Positions 1-12,000 of a DNA stretch of 64,000 bases are shown in pieces. The stretch covers positions 121,150,001-121,214,000 of the forward strand of contig NC_045697.1 in assembly GCF_009834535.1 (NCBI RefSeq). The letters are read 5' to 3'. Under the pieces are notes generated by a model. It was not told where the DNA came from. It made no database searches and saw only the letters and a list, made by a program, of their open reading frames with translations. The position numbers and the translations under genes were made by a program. The DNA comes from Camelus ferus (taxonomy: Eukaryota). The first letter of the stretch is position 1. Each line of letters opens with the position of its first letter.

Positions 1-3000
1 AGGCGCTGCAAACAGAGTACGGATCCTCCACACACTCAGAATACATTAACGCGGCCGAGTGGGTGGGGGAATATTGGGGCTGCCTTCCACGAAGCTGCCT
101 GGTGTCGCAGGTGTTCCCTGGCAGGGGAAGTCCTCTAATTACCTCTCCTGTCCAGGGGGAGTCACTAGATGCTACCTGCATTTCCAGCCAAACCCCTGCC
201 TTTCCCTGGCTGCCCACAATAGGAGACACTTGGGGAAGACACGCGGAAGGCTCCTAGGTGATCAGAGGCGCTGCAGACAGAGTACGGAACCTCCCAACAC
301 TCAGAATTCCAGAACAAGGCCGAGTGGGTGTGGGAGGTTTGGGGCCGCCTTCCACGCAGCGGACTCTTTTCACAGGTGTTCCCTGGCAGGGGGAAGTCCG
401 CTAAATACCTTCCCTGTCCAGGGGGAGGCGCTACATGCTACCTTCTTTTCCAGCCCAACCCCCGCATTTACCCGGAAGCCCGCACAAGGAGACACTCGGG
501 GAAGACACGCAGAGGGCTCCTAGGAGATCCCAGGCGCTGCAGACAGAGAACGGACCTCCCCACACTCAGATTTCCGGAACGAGGCCGAGTGGGTGGTTGA
601 GGTTGTGGCCGCCCTCCACGCAGCTGCCTGGTGTCACTGCTGTTCCCTGACAGGGGGAATTCCGCTAATTACCTCCCCTGTCCCGGGGGATTAACTAGAA
701 TCTACCTGCATTTCCAGGCAACCCCCGCCATTCCCCGTCTCCCCGCAATAGGAGACACTAGGGGAAGGCACGTGGATGGCTACTAGGAGATCCCAACTCT
801 AGAGACTGAAGACCAATCCTCCCGAAACTCAGAATCCCAGAACGTGGCCGAGTGGGTAGGGGAGGTTTGGGACCAACCCCCACGCAGCTGCCTGGTGTCA
901 CAGGTGTTCCCTGGAAGGGGGAAGTCCGCTAAATTCCTCCCCTGTCCAGTGGGAGGCACTACAAGCTACCTGCATTTCCAGCACATCCCCCGACTTTCCC
1001 CGGCTTCCCGCACGAGGATACACTCGGGGAAGACACGCGGAGGGCTCCTAGGAGATCCCAGGCGCTGCAGACCGAGTACGGAAATTCTCCACCCTCAGAA
1101 TTCCGGAACGCGGCCGAGTGGGTGGGGAATGTTTGGGGCCGCCCTCCACGCAGCTGCCTGCTGTCACAGGTGTTCCCAGGCAGGGGGAATTCAGCTAATT
1201 ACCTCCCCTATCCAGGGGGAGGCACTACATGCTACCTGCTTTTCCAGCACAACCCCCGCATTTTCCCTGTAGCCTGCACTAGGAGACACTCGGGGAAGAC
1301 ACGCGGAGGGCTCCTAGGAGATCCCAGTTGCTGCAGACAGAGTACGGAACCTCCCCAAACTCAGAATTCCGCAACGCGGCCGAGTGGGTGGGGGAGGATT
1401 TGGGCCGCCCTCCACGCAGCTGCATGGTGTCACAGGTGTTCCATGTCAGGGGGAATTTCACTTTTACCTCTCCTGTCCAGGGGGAGTCCCTAGATGCTAC
1501 CTGCAATTCCAGCACAACACCAGGCTTTCCCTGCAGCCCGCACTAGGAGACACTTGGGGAAGACACGCGGAGGGCTCCTAGGTGATCCCAGTTGCTGCAG
1601 ACAGAGTACGGATCCTCCACACACTAAGAATTCCGTAACGCGGCCGAGTGGGTGGGGGAGGATTTGGGCCGAACTCCACGAAGCTGCCTGGTGTCACAGG
1701 TGTTCCCTGGAAGGGTGTAGTCCGCTAAATACCTCTCCTGTCCAGACGGAGGCGCTACATGCTACCTGCATTTCCAGTCCAACCCCCGCATTTACCCGGA
1801 AGCCCGCAGAAGGAGACACTCGGGGAAGACATGCAGAGGGCTCCTAGGTGATCCCAGGCGCTGTAGACAGAGTACGGACCTCCCCACACTCAGATTTCCG
1901 GAACGAGGTCGAGTGGTTGGTTGAGGTTTGGGGCCGACCTCCACGCAGCTGCCTGGTGTCACAGGTGTTCCCTGGCAGGGGGAATTACGCTAACTACCTG
2001 ATCTGTCCAGGGAGAGGCACTACATGCTAGCTGCATTTCCAGCCCAATCCCCGCCATTCCTCGGGTCCCAGCACTAGGATACACTCGGGGAATACACGCG
2101 GAGGGCTCCTAGAGATCCCAGGCGCTGCAGACAGAGTACGGAACTTCCCCACACTCAGAATTAAGGAACGCGGCCGAGTGGGTGGGGTAGGTTTGGCATA
2201 ACCCAACACGCAGCAGCCTGGTGTCACAGGTGTTCCCTGGAAGGGGGAAATTCGCTAATTACCTACCCTGTCCAGGGGTAGGCACTACAAGCTACCTGCA
2301 TTTCCAGCCCAAACCCCGCCTTTCCCCGGGTTCCCGCACTAGGGGAGACTCGGGGAAGACATGCGGAGGGCTCCTGGGAGATCCCAGGCGCAGCAGACAG
2401 AGTACGGATCCTCCACACACTCAGAATTCCAGAACAAGGCCGAGTGGGTGTAGGAGGCTTGGGTCTGCCATCCACGCAACTTCTTCTTTTCACAGGTGTT
2501 CCCTGGCAAGGTGAATTCCGGTAAATACCTTCCCTGTCCAGGGAGAGGCACTAGATGCTACCTGTTTTTCCAGCCTAACTCCCGAATTTCCCCGGCACAC
2601 CGCACTAGGATACACTCGTGGAAGACACGCGGATTTTTACTAGGAGATCCCAGGCGCTGTAGACAGAGGACGTTACCTCCCACACATAGGATTCCGGAAC
2701 GTGGCCGAGTGGGTGGGGAAGTTTGGGACCGCCATCCGCGCAGCTGCCTGGTTTCACATGTGTTCCCTTGCAGGGGAAATCCGCTAATAACCTCCCCTGT
2801 CCAGGGAGAGGCACAAAATGCTACCTTCTTTTCCAGGCCAACCCCCGAATTTCCCCGGCACCCCGCACTTGGAGAAACTCGGGGAAGACACGCGGAGGGC
2901 TCCTAGGTGATCCCAGGCGCTGCAGACAGAGGACAGAACCTCGCCAACCTCAGAAATTCCGGAACGCGGCCGAGTGGGTGGGGGAGGTTTGGGGCCGCCC

Positions 3001-6000
3001 TCCTCGCAGCTGCCTCTTGTCACAGGTGTTCCCTGGCAGGGTGAAGTCCGGTAATTACCTTCCCTGTCCAGGGGGAGGCACTAGATGCTGCCTGCAATTC
3101 CAGCACAACACCAGGCTTTCCCTGCAGCCCGCCCTAGGAGACACTCGGGTAATACAAGCAGAGTGTTCCTAGGTGATCCCAGGCGCTGCAGATAGAAGAC
3201 CGAACTTCCCCCAACTCAGAATTCCGGAACGAGGCCGAGTGGGTGGGGGAGATTTGGGGCCGCCCTCCACGCAGTTGCCTGGTGTCACAGGTTTTCCCTG
3301 GCAGGGGGAATTCCGCTAATTACCTCTCCTGTCCAGGGGGAGTCACTCGATGCTACCTGCATTTCCAGACCATCCCCTGCATTTCCCTGGCTGCTCGCAC
3401 TAGGAGACAATTGGGGAAGACACGCGGAGGGCTCCTAGGAGATCCCAGGCGCTGCAGACAGAGTATGGAACCTCCCAACACTCAGAATTCCAGAACAAGG
3501 CCGAGTGGGTGTAGGAGGTTTGGGTCCGCCATCCACGCAACTTCTTCTTTTCACAGGTGTTCCCTTGCAGGGTGAAGTCCGGTAAATACCTTCCCTGTCC
3601 AGGGGGAGGCACTAGATGCTACCTGCTTTTCCAGCAACACCCCGCATTTTCCCTGTAGCCCGCACTAGGAGACACTCAGGGAAGACACGCGGAGTGCTCC
3701 TAGGTGATCCCAGGCGCTGCAGACAGAGTATGGAACCTCCCCACACTCAGAATTCCGGATCGCGGCCGAGTGTTTGGGGGAGGTTTGGGGCCGACCTCCA
3801 CGCAGCTGCCTGGTGTCAAAGGTGTTCCATGGCATGGGGATTTCCGCTTTTACCTCTACTGTCCAGGAGGTGTCCCTAGATGCTACCTGCAATTCCAGCA
3901 CAACACCAGGCTTTCCCTGCAGCCCGCCCTAGGAGACACTCGGGGAATACAAGCGGAGGGCTCCTAGGTGATCCCAGGCGCTGCAAACAGAGTACGGATC
4001 CTCCACACACTCAGAATACCTTAACGCGGCCGAGTGGGTGGGGGAATATTGGGGCTGCCTTCCACGAAGCTGCCTGGTGTCGCAGGTGTTCCCTGGCAGG
4101 GGAAGTCCTCTAATTACCTCTCCTGTCCAGGGGGAGTCACTAGATGCTACCTGCATTTCCAGCCAAACCCCCGCCTTTCCCTGGCTGCCCGCAATAGGAG
4201 ACAATTGGGGAAGACACGCGGAAGGCTCCTAGGTGATCAGAGGCGCTGCAGACAGAGTACGGAACCTCCCAACACTCAGAATTCCAGAACAAGGCCGAGT
4301 GGGTGTGGGAGGTTTGGGGCCGCCTTCCACGCAGCGGACTCTTTTCACAGGTGTTCCCTGGCAGGGGGATGTCCGCTAAATACCTTCCCTGTCCAGGGGG
4401 AGGCGCTACATGCTACCTTCTTTTCCAGCCCAACCCCCGCATTTACCCGGAAGCCCGCACAAGGAGACACTCGGGGAAGACACGCAGAGGGCTCCTAGGA
4501 GATCCCAGGCGCTGCAGACAGAGAACGGACCTCCCCACACTCAGATTTCCGGAACGAGGCCGAGTGGGTGGTTGAGGTTGTGGCCGCCCTCCACGCAGCT
4601 GCCTGGTGTCACTGCTGTTCCCTGACAGGGGGAATTCCGCTAATTACCTCCCCTGTCCCGGGGGATTAACTAGAATCTACCTGCATTTCCAGGCAACCCC
4701 CGCCATTCCCCGTCTCCCCGCAATAGGAGACACTAGGGGAAGGCACGTGGATGGCTACTAGGAGATCCCAACTCTAGAGACTGAAGACCAATCCTCCCGA
4801 AACTCAGAATCCCGGAACGTGGCCGAGTGGGTAGGGGAGGTTTGGGACCAACCCCCACGCAGCTGCCTGGTGTCACAGGTGTTCCCTGGAAGGGGGAAGT
4901 CCGCTAAATTCCTCCCCTGTCCAGTGGGAGGCACTACAAGCTACCTGCATTTCCAGCACATCCCCCGACTTTCCCCGGCTTCCCGCACGAGGATACACTC
5001 GGGGAAGACACGCGGAGGGCTCCTAGGAGATCCCAGGCGCTGCAGACCGAGTACGGAAATTCTCCACCCTCAGAAATCTGGAACGCGGCCGAGTGGGTGG
5101 GGAATGTTTGGGGCCGCCCTCCACGCAGCTGCCTGCTGTCACAGGTGTTCCCAGGCAGGGGGAATTCAGCTAATTACCTCCCCTATCCAGGGGGAGGCAC
5201 TATATGCTACCTGCTTTTCCAGCACAACCCCCGCATTTTCCCTGTAGCCTGCACTAGGAGACACTCGGGGAAGACACGCGGAGGGCTCCTAGGAGATCCC
5301 AGTTGCTGCAGACAGAGTACGGAACCTCCCCAAACTCAGAATTCCGCAACGCGGCCGAGTGGGTAGGGGAGGTTTGGGCCGCCCGCCACGCAGCTGCCTG
5401 GTGTCACAGGTGTTCCATGTCAGGGGGAATTTCACTTTTACCTCTCCTGTCCAGGGGGAGTCCCTAGATGCTACCTGCAATTCCAGCACAACACCAGGCT
5501 TTCCCTGCAGCCCGCACTAGGAGACACATGGGGAAGACACGCGGAGGGCTCCTAGGTGATCCCAGTTGCTGCAGACAGAATACGGATCCTCCACACACTA
5601 AGAATTCCGTAACGCGGCCGAGTGGGTGGGGGAGGATTTGGGCCGAACTCCACGAAGCTGCCTGGTGTCACAGGTGTTCCCTGGAAGGGGGAAATTCGCT
5701 AATTACCTACCCTGTCCAGGGGTAGGCACTACAAGCTACCTGCATTTCCAGCCCAAACCCCGCCTTTGCCCGGGTTCCCGCACTAGGGGAGACTCGGGGA
5801 AGACATGCGGAGGGCTCCTGGGAGATCCCAGGCGCAGCAGACAGAGTACGGATCCTCCACACACTCAGAATTAAAGAACAAGGCCAAGTGGTTGTCGGAT
5901 TTTTGGGGCCGCCCTCCACGAAGCTTTCTCTTGTCACAGGTGTTCCCTGGCAGGGAGAAGTCCGCTAATTACATTCCCTGTCCAGGGGGAGGCACTACAT

Positions 6001-9000
6001 GCTACCTACTATTCCAGCCCAACCCCCTCCTTTCTCCGGCTCCCCGCACTAGGATACCCTCGGGGAAGACACGCGGAGGGCTCCTAGGAGATCCCAGGCA
6101 CTGCAGACAGAGTATGGAACCTCCCCACTCTCAGAATTCCAGAACAAGGCCGAGTGGGTGTAGGAGGCTTGGGTCCGCCATCCACGCAACTTCTTCTTTT
6201 CACAGGTGTTCCCTGGCAAGGTGAATTCCGGTAAATACCTTCCCTGTCCAGGGGGAGGCACTAGATGCTACCTGTTTTTCCAGCCTAACTCCCGAATTTC
6301 CCCGGCACGCCGCACTACGGTACACTCGTGGAAGACACGCGGATTTTTACTAGGAGATCCCAGGCGCTGTAGACAGAGGACGTTACCTCACACACATAGG
6401 ATTCCGGAACGTGGCCGAGTGGGTGGGGGAGGTTTGGGACCTCCATCCGCGCAGCTGCCTGGTTTCACACGTGTTCCCTTGCAGGGGAAATCCGCTAATA
6501 ACCTCCCCTGTCCAGGGAGAGGCACAACATGCTACCTTCTTTTCTAGGCCAACCCCCGAATTTCCCCGGCACCCCGCACTTGGAGACACTCGGGGAAGAC
6601 ACGCGGAGGGCTCCTAGGTGATCCCAGGCGCTGCAGACAGAGGACGGAACCTCGCCAACCTCAGAATTCCGGAACGCGGCCGAGTGGGTGGGGGAGGTTT
6701 GGGGCCGCCCTCCTCGCAGCTGCCTCTTGTCACAGGTGTTCCCTGGCAGGGTGAAGTCCGGTAATTACCTTCCCTGTCCAGGGGGAGGCACTAGATGCTG
6801 CCTGCAATTCCAGCACAACACCAGGCTTTCCCTGCAGCCCGCCCTAGGAGACACTCGGGGAATACAAGCAGAGTGTTCCTAGGTGATCCCAGGCGCTGCA
6901 GATAGAAGACCGAACTTCCCCCAACTCAGAATTCCGGAACGAGGCCGAGTGGGTGGGGGAGATTTGGGGCCGCCCTCCACGCAGTTGCCTGGTGTCACAG
7001 GTTTTCCCTGGCAGGGGGAATTCCGCTAATTACCTCTCCTGTCAGGAGGAGTCACTCGATGCTACCTGCATTTCCAGACCATCCCCTGCATTTCCCTGGC
7101 TGCTCGCACTAGGAGACAATTGGGGAAGACACGCGGAGGGCTCCTAGGAGATCCCAGGCGCTGCAGACAGAGTATGGAACCTCCCAACACTCAGAATTCC
7201 AGAACAAGGCCGAGTGGGTGTAGGAGGTTTGGGTCCGCCATCCACGCAACTTCTTTTCACAGGTGTTCCCTGGCAGGGTGAAGTCCGGTAAATACCTTCC
7301 CTGTCCAGGGGGAGGCACTAGATGCTACCTGCGTTTCCAGCAACACCCCGCATTTTCCCTGTAGCCCGCACTAGGAGACACTCAGGGAAGACACGCGGAG
7401 TGCTCCTAGCTGATCCCAGGCGCTGCAGACAGAGTATGGAACCTCCCCACACTCAGAATTCCGGATCGCAGCCGAGTGTTTGGGGGAGGTTTGGGGCCGA
7501 CCTCCACGCAGCTGCCTGGTGTCAAAGGTGTTCCATGGCATGGGGATTTCCGCTTTTACCTCTACTGTCCAGGAGGTGTCCCTAGATGCTACCTGCAATT
7601 CCAGCACAACACCAGGCTTTCCCTGCAGCCCGCCCTAGGAGACACTCGGGGAATACAAGCGGAGGGCTCCTAGGTGATCCCAGGCGCTGCAAACAGAGTA
7701 CGGATCCTCCACACACTCAGAAACCTTAACGTGGCCGAGTGGGTGGGGCAATATTGGGGCTGCCTTCCACGAAGCTGCCTGGTGTCGCAGGTGTTCCCTG
7801 GCAGGGGAAGTCCTCTAATTACCTCTCCTGTCCAGGGGGAGTCACTAGATGCTACCTGCATTTCCAGCCAAACCCCCGCCTTTCCCTGGCTGCCCGCAAT
7901 AGGAGACACTTGGGGAAGACACGCGGAAGGCTCCTAGGTGATCAGAGGCGCTGCAGACAGAGTACGGAACCTCCCAACACTCAGAATTCCAGAACAAGGC
8001 CGAGTGGGTGTGGGAGGTTTGGGGCCGCCTTCCACGCAGCGGACTCTTTTCACAGGTGTTCCCTGGCAGGGGGAAGTCCGCTAAATACCTTCCCTGTCCA
8101 GGGGGAGGCGCTACATGCTACCTTCTTTTCCAGCCCAACCCCCGCATTTACCCGGAAGCCCGCACAAGGAGACACTCGGGGAAGACACGCAGAGGGCTCC
8201 TAGGAGATCCCAGGCGCTGCAGACAGAGAACGGACCTCCCCACACTCAGATTTCCGGAACGAGGCCGAGTGGGTGGTTGAGGTTGTGGCCGCCCTCCACG
8301 CAGCTGCCTGGTGTCACTGCTGTTCCCTGACAGGGGGAATTCCGCTAATTACCTCCCCTGTCCCGGGGGATTAACTAGAATCTACCTGCATTTCCAGGCA
8401 ACCCCCGCCATTCCCCGTCTCCCCGCAATAGGAGACACTAGGGGAAGGCACGTGGATGGCTACTAGGAGATCCCAACTCTAGAGACTGAAGACCAATCCT
8501 CCCGAAACTCAGAATCCCGGAACGTGGCCGAGTGGGTAGGGGAGGTTTGGGACCAACCCCCACGCAGCTGCCTGGTGTCACAGGTGTTCCCTGGAAGGGG
8601 GAAGTCCGCTAAATTCCTCCCCTGTCCAGTGGGAGGCACTACAAGCTACCTGCATTTCCAGCACATCCCCCGACTTTCCCCGGCTTCCCGCACGAGGATA
8701 CACTCGGGGAAGACACGCGGAGGGCTCCTAGGAGATCCCAGGCGCTGCAGACCGAGTACGGAAATTCTCCACCCTCAGAATTCCGGAACGCGGCCGAGTG
8801 GGTGGGGAATGTTTGGGGCCGCCCTCCACGCACCTGCCTGCTGTCACAGGTGTTCCCAGGCAGGGGGAATTCAGCTAATTACCTCCCCTATCCAGGGGGA
8901 GGCACTACATGCTACCTGCTTTTCCAGCACAACCCCCGCATTTTCCCTGTAGCCTGCACTAGGAGACACTCGGGGAAGACACGCGGAGGGCTCCTAGGAG

Positions 9001-12000
9001 ATCCCAGTTGCTGCAGACAGAGTACGGAACCTCCCCAAACTCAGAATTCCGCAACGCGGCCGAGTGGGTAGGGGAGGTTTGGGCCGCCCTCCACGCAGCT
9101 GCCTGGTGTCACAGGTGTTCCATGTCAGGGGGAATTTCACTTTTACCTCTCCTGTCCAGGGGGAGTCCCTAGATGCTACCTGCAATTCCAGCACAACACC
9201 AGGCTTTCCCTGCAGCCCGCACTAGGAGACACTTGGGGAAGACACGCGGAGGGCTCCTAGGTGATCCCAGTTGCTGCAGACAGAGTACGGATCCTCCACA
9301 CACTAAGAATTCCGTAACGCGGCCGAGTGGGTGGGGGAGGATTTGGGCCGAACTCCACGAAGCTGCCTGGTGTCACAGGTGTTCCCTGGAAGGGTGTAGT
9401 CCGCTAAATACCTCTCCTGTCCAGACGGAGGCGCTACATGCTACCTGCATTTCCAGTCCAACCCCCGCATTTACCCGGAAGCCCGCAGAAGGAGACACTC
9501 GGGGAAGACATGCAGAGGGCTCCTAGGTGATCCCAGGCACTGTAGACAGAGTACGGACCTCCCCACACTCAGATTTCCGGAACGAGGCCGAGTGGTTGGT
9601 TGAGGTTTGGGGCCGACCTCCACGCAGCTGCCTGGTGTCACAGGTGTTAGCTGGCAGGGGGAATTACGCTAATTACCTGATCTGTCCAGGGAGAGGCACT
9701 ATATGCTAGCTGCATTTCCAGCCCAATCCCCGCCATTCCTCGGGTCCCAGCACTAGGATACACTCGGGGAATACACGCGGAGGGCTCCTAGAGATCCCAG
9801 GCGCTGCAGACAGAGTACGGAACTTCCCCACACTCAGAATTAAGGAACGCGGCCGAGTGGGTGGGGTAGGTTTGGCATAACCCAACACGCAGCAGCCTGG
9901 TGTCACAGGTGTTCCCTGGAAGGGGGAAATTCGCTAATTACCTACCCTGTCCAGGGGTAGGCACTACAAGCTACCTGCATTTCCAGCCCAAACCCCGCCT
10001 TTCCCCGGGTTCCCGCACTAGGGGAGACTCGGGGAAGACATGCGGAGGGCTCCTAGGAGATCCCAGGCACTGCAGAAAGAGTATGGAACCTCCCCACTCT
10101 CAGAATTCCAGAACAAGGCCGAGTGGGTGTAGGAGGCTTGGGTCCGCCATCCACGCAACTTCTTCTTTTCACAGGTGTTCCCTGGCAAGGTGAATTCCGG
10201 TAAATACCTTCCCTGTCCAGGGGGAGGCACTAGATGCTACCTGTTTTTCCAGCCTAACTCCCGAATTTCCCCGGCACACCGCACTAGGATACACTCGTGG
10301 AAGACACGCGGATTTTACTAGGAGATCCCAGGCGCTGTAGACAGAGGACGTTACCTCCCACACATAAAATTCTGGAACGTGGCCGAGTGGGTGGGGGAGG
10401 TTTGGGACCGCCATCCGCGCAGCTGCCTGGTTTCACATGTGTTCCCTTGCAGGGGAAATCCGCTAATAACCTCCCCTGTCCAGGGAGAGGCACAACATGC
10501 TACCTTCTTTTCCAGGCCAACCCCCGAATTTCCCCGGCACCCCGCACTTGGAGACACTCGGGGAAGACACGCGGAGGGCTCCTAGGTGATCCCAGGCGCT
10601 GCAGACAGAGGACGGAACCTCGCCAACCTCAGAATTCCGGAACGCGGCCGAGTGGGTGGGGGAGATTTGGGGCCGCCCTCCTCGCAGCTGCCTCTTGTCA
10701 CAGGTGTTCCCTGGCAGGGTGAAGTCCGGTAATTACCTTCCCTGTCCAGGGGGAGGCACTAGATGCTGCCTGCAATTCCAGCACAACACCAGGCTTTCCC
10801 TGCAGCCCGCCCTAGGAGACAATCGGGGAATACAAGCAGAGTGTTCCTAGGTGATCCCAGGCGCTGCAGATAGAAGACCGAACTTCCCCCAACTCAGAAT
10901 TCCGGAACGAGGCCGAGTGGGTGGGGGAGATTTGGGGCCGCCCTCCACGCAGTTGCCTGGTGTCACAGGTTTTCCCTGGCAGGGGGAATTCCGCTAATTC
11001 ACCTCTCCTGTCCAGGGGGAGTCACTCGATGCTACCTGCATTTCCAGACCATCCCCTGCATTTCCCTGGCTGCTCGCACTAGGAGACAATTGGGGAAGAC
11101 ACGCGGAGGGCTCCTAGGAGATCCCAGGCGCTGCAGACAGAGTATGGAACCTCCCAACACTCAGAATTCCAGAACAAGGCCGAGTGGGTGTAGGAGGTTT
11201 GGGTCCGCCATCCACGCAACTTCTTCTTTTCACAGGTGTTCCCTGGCAGGGTGAAGTCCGGTAAATACCTTCCCTGTCCAGGGGGAGGCACTAGATGCTA
11301 CCTGCTTTTCCAGCAACACCCCGCATTTTCCCTGTAGCCCGCACTAGGAGACACTCAGGGAAGACACGCGGAGTGCTCCTAGGTGATCCCAGGCGCTGCA
11401 GACAGAGTATGGAACCTCCCCACACTCAGAATTCCGGATCGCGGCCGAGTGTTTGGGGGAGGTTTGGGGCCGACCTCCACGCAGCTGCCTGGTGTCAAAG
11501 GTGTTCCATGGCATGGGGATTTCCGCTTTTACCTCTACTGTCCAGGAGGTGTCCCTAGATGCTACCTGCAATTCCAGCACAACACCAGGCTTTCCCTGCA
11601 GCCCGCCCTAGGAGACACTCGGGGAATACAAGCGGAGGGCTCCTAGGTGATCCCAGGCGCTGCAAACAGAGTACGGATCCTCCACACACTCAGAATACCT
11701 TAACGCGGCCGAGTGGGTGGGGGAATATTGGGGCTGCCTTCCACGAAGCTGCCTGGTGTCGCAGGTGTTCCCTGGCAGGGGAAGTCCTCTAATTACCTCT
11801 CCTGTCCAGGGGGAGTCACTAGATGCTACCTGCATTTCCAGCCAAACCCCCGCCTTTCCCTGGCTGCCCGCAATAGGAGACACTTGGGGAAGACACGCGG
11901 AAGGCTCCTAGGTGATCAGAGGCGCTGCAGACAGAGTACGGAACCTCCCAACACTCAGAATTCCAGAACAAGGCCGAGTGGGTGTGGGAGGTTTGGGGCC

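Noticed and set aside
59..80. G-quadruplex in gggtgggggaggtttgggg
   Set aside because: Only three runs of three or more G are in range, so it is not a canonical G4; left unclaimed without G4Hunter scoring.
452..480. cccgcatttacccggaa as a reverse CENP-B box
   Set aside because: Does not fit CCCGNNTNNNNCGAA; the spacing and final tetramer are wrong.
845..920. TGGCCGAGTGG resembles the tRNA-Ser/Leu A box, suggesting a tRNA or SINE array
   Set aside because: No B box (GTTCRANNC) or cloverleaf follows, and most monomers read CGGCCG or AGGCCG.
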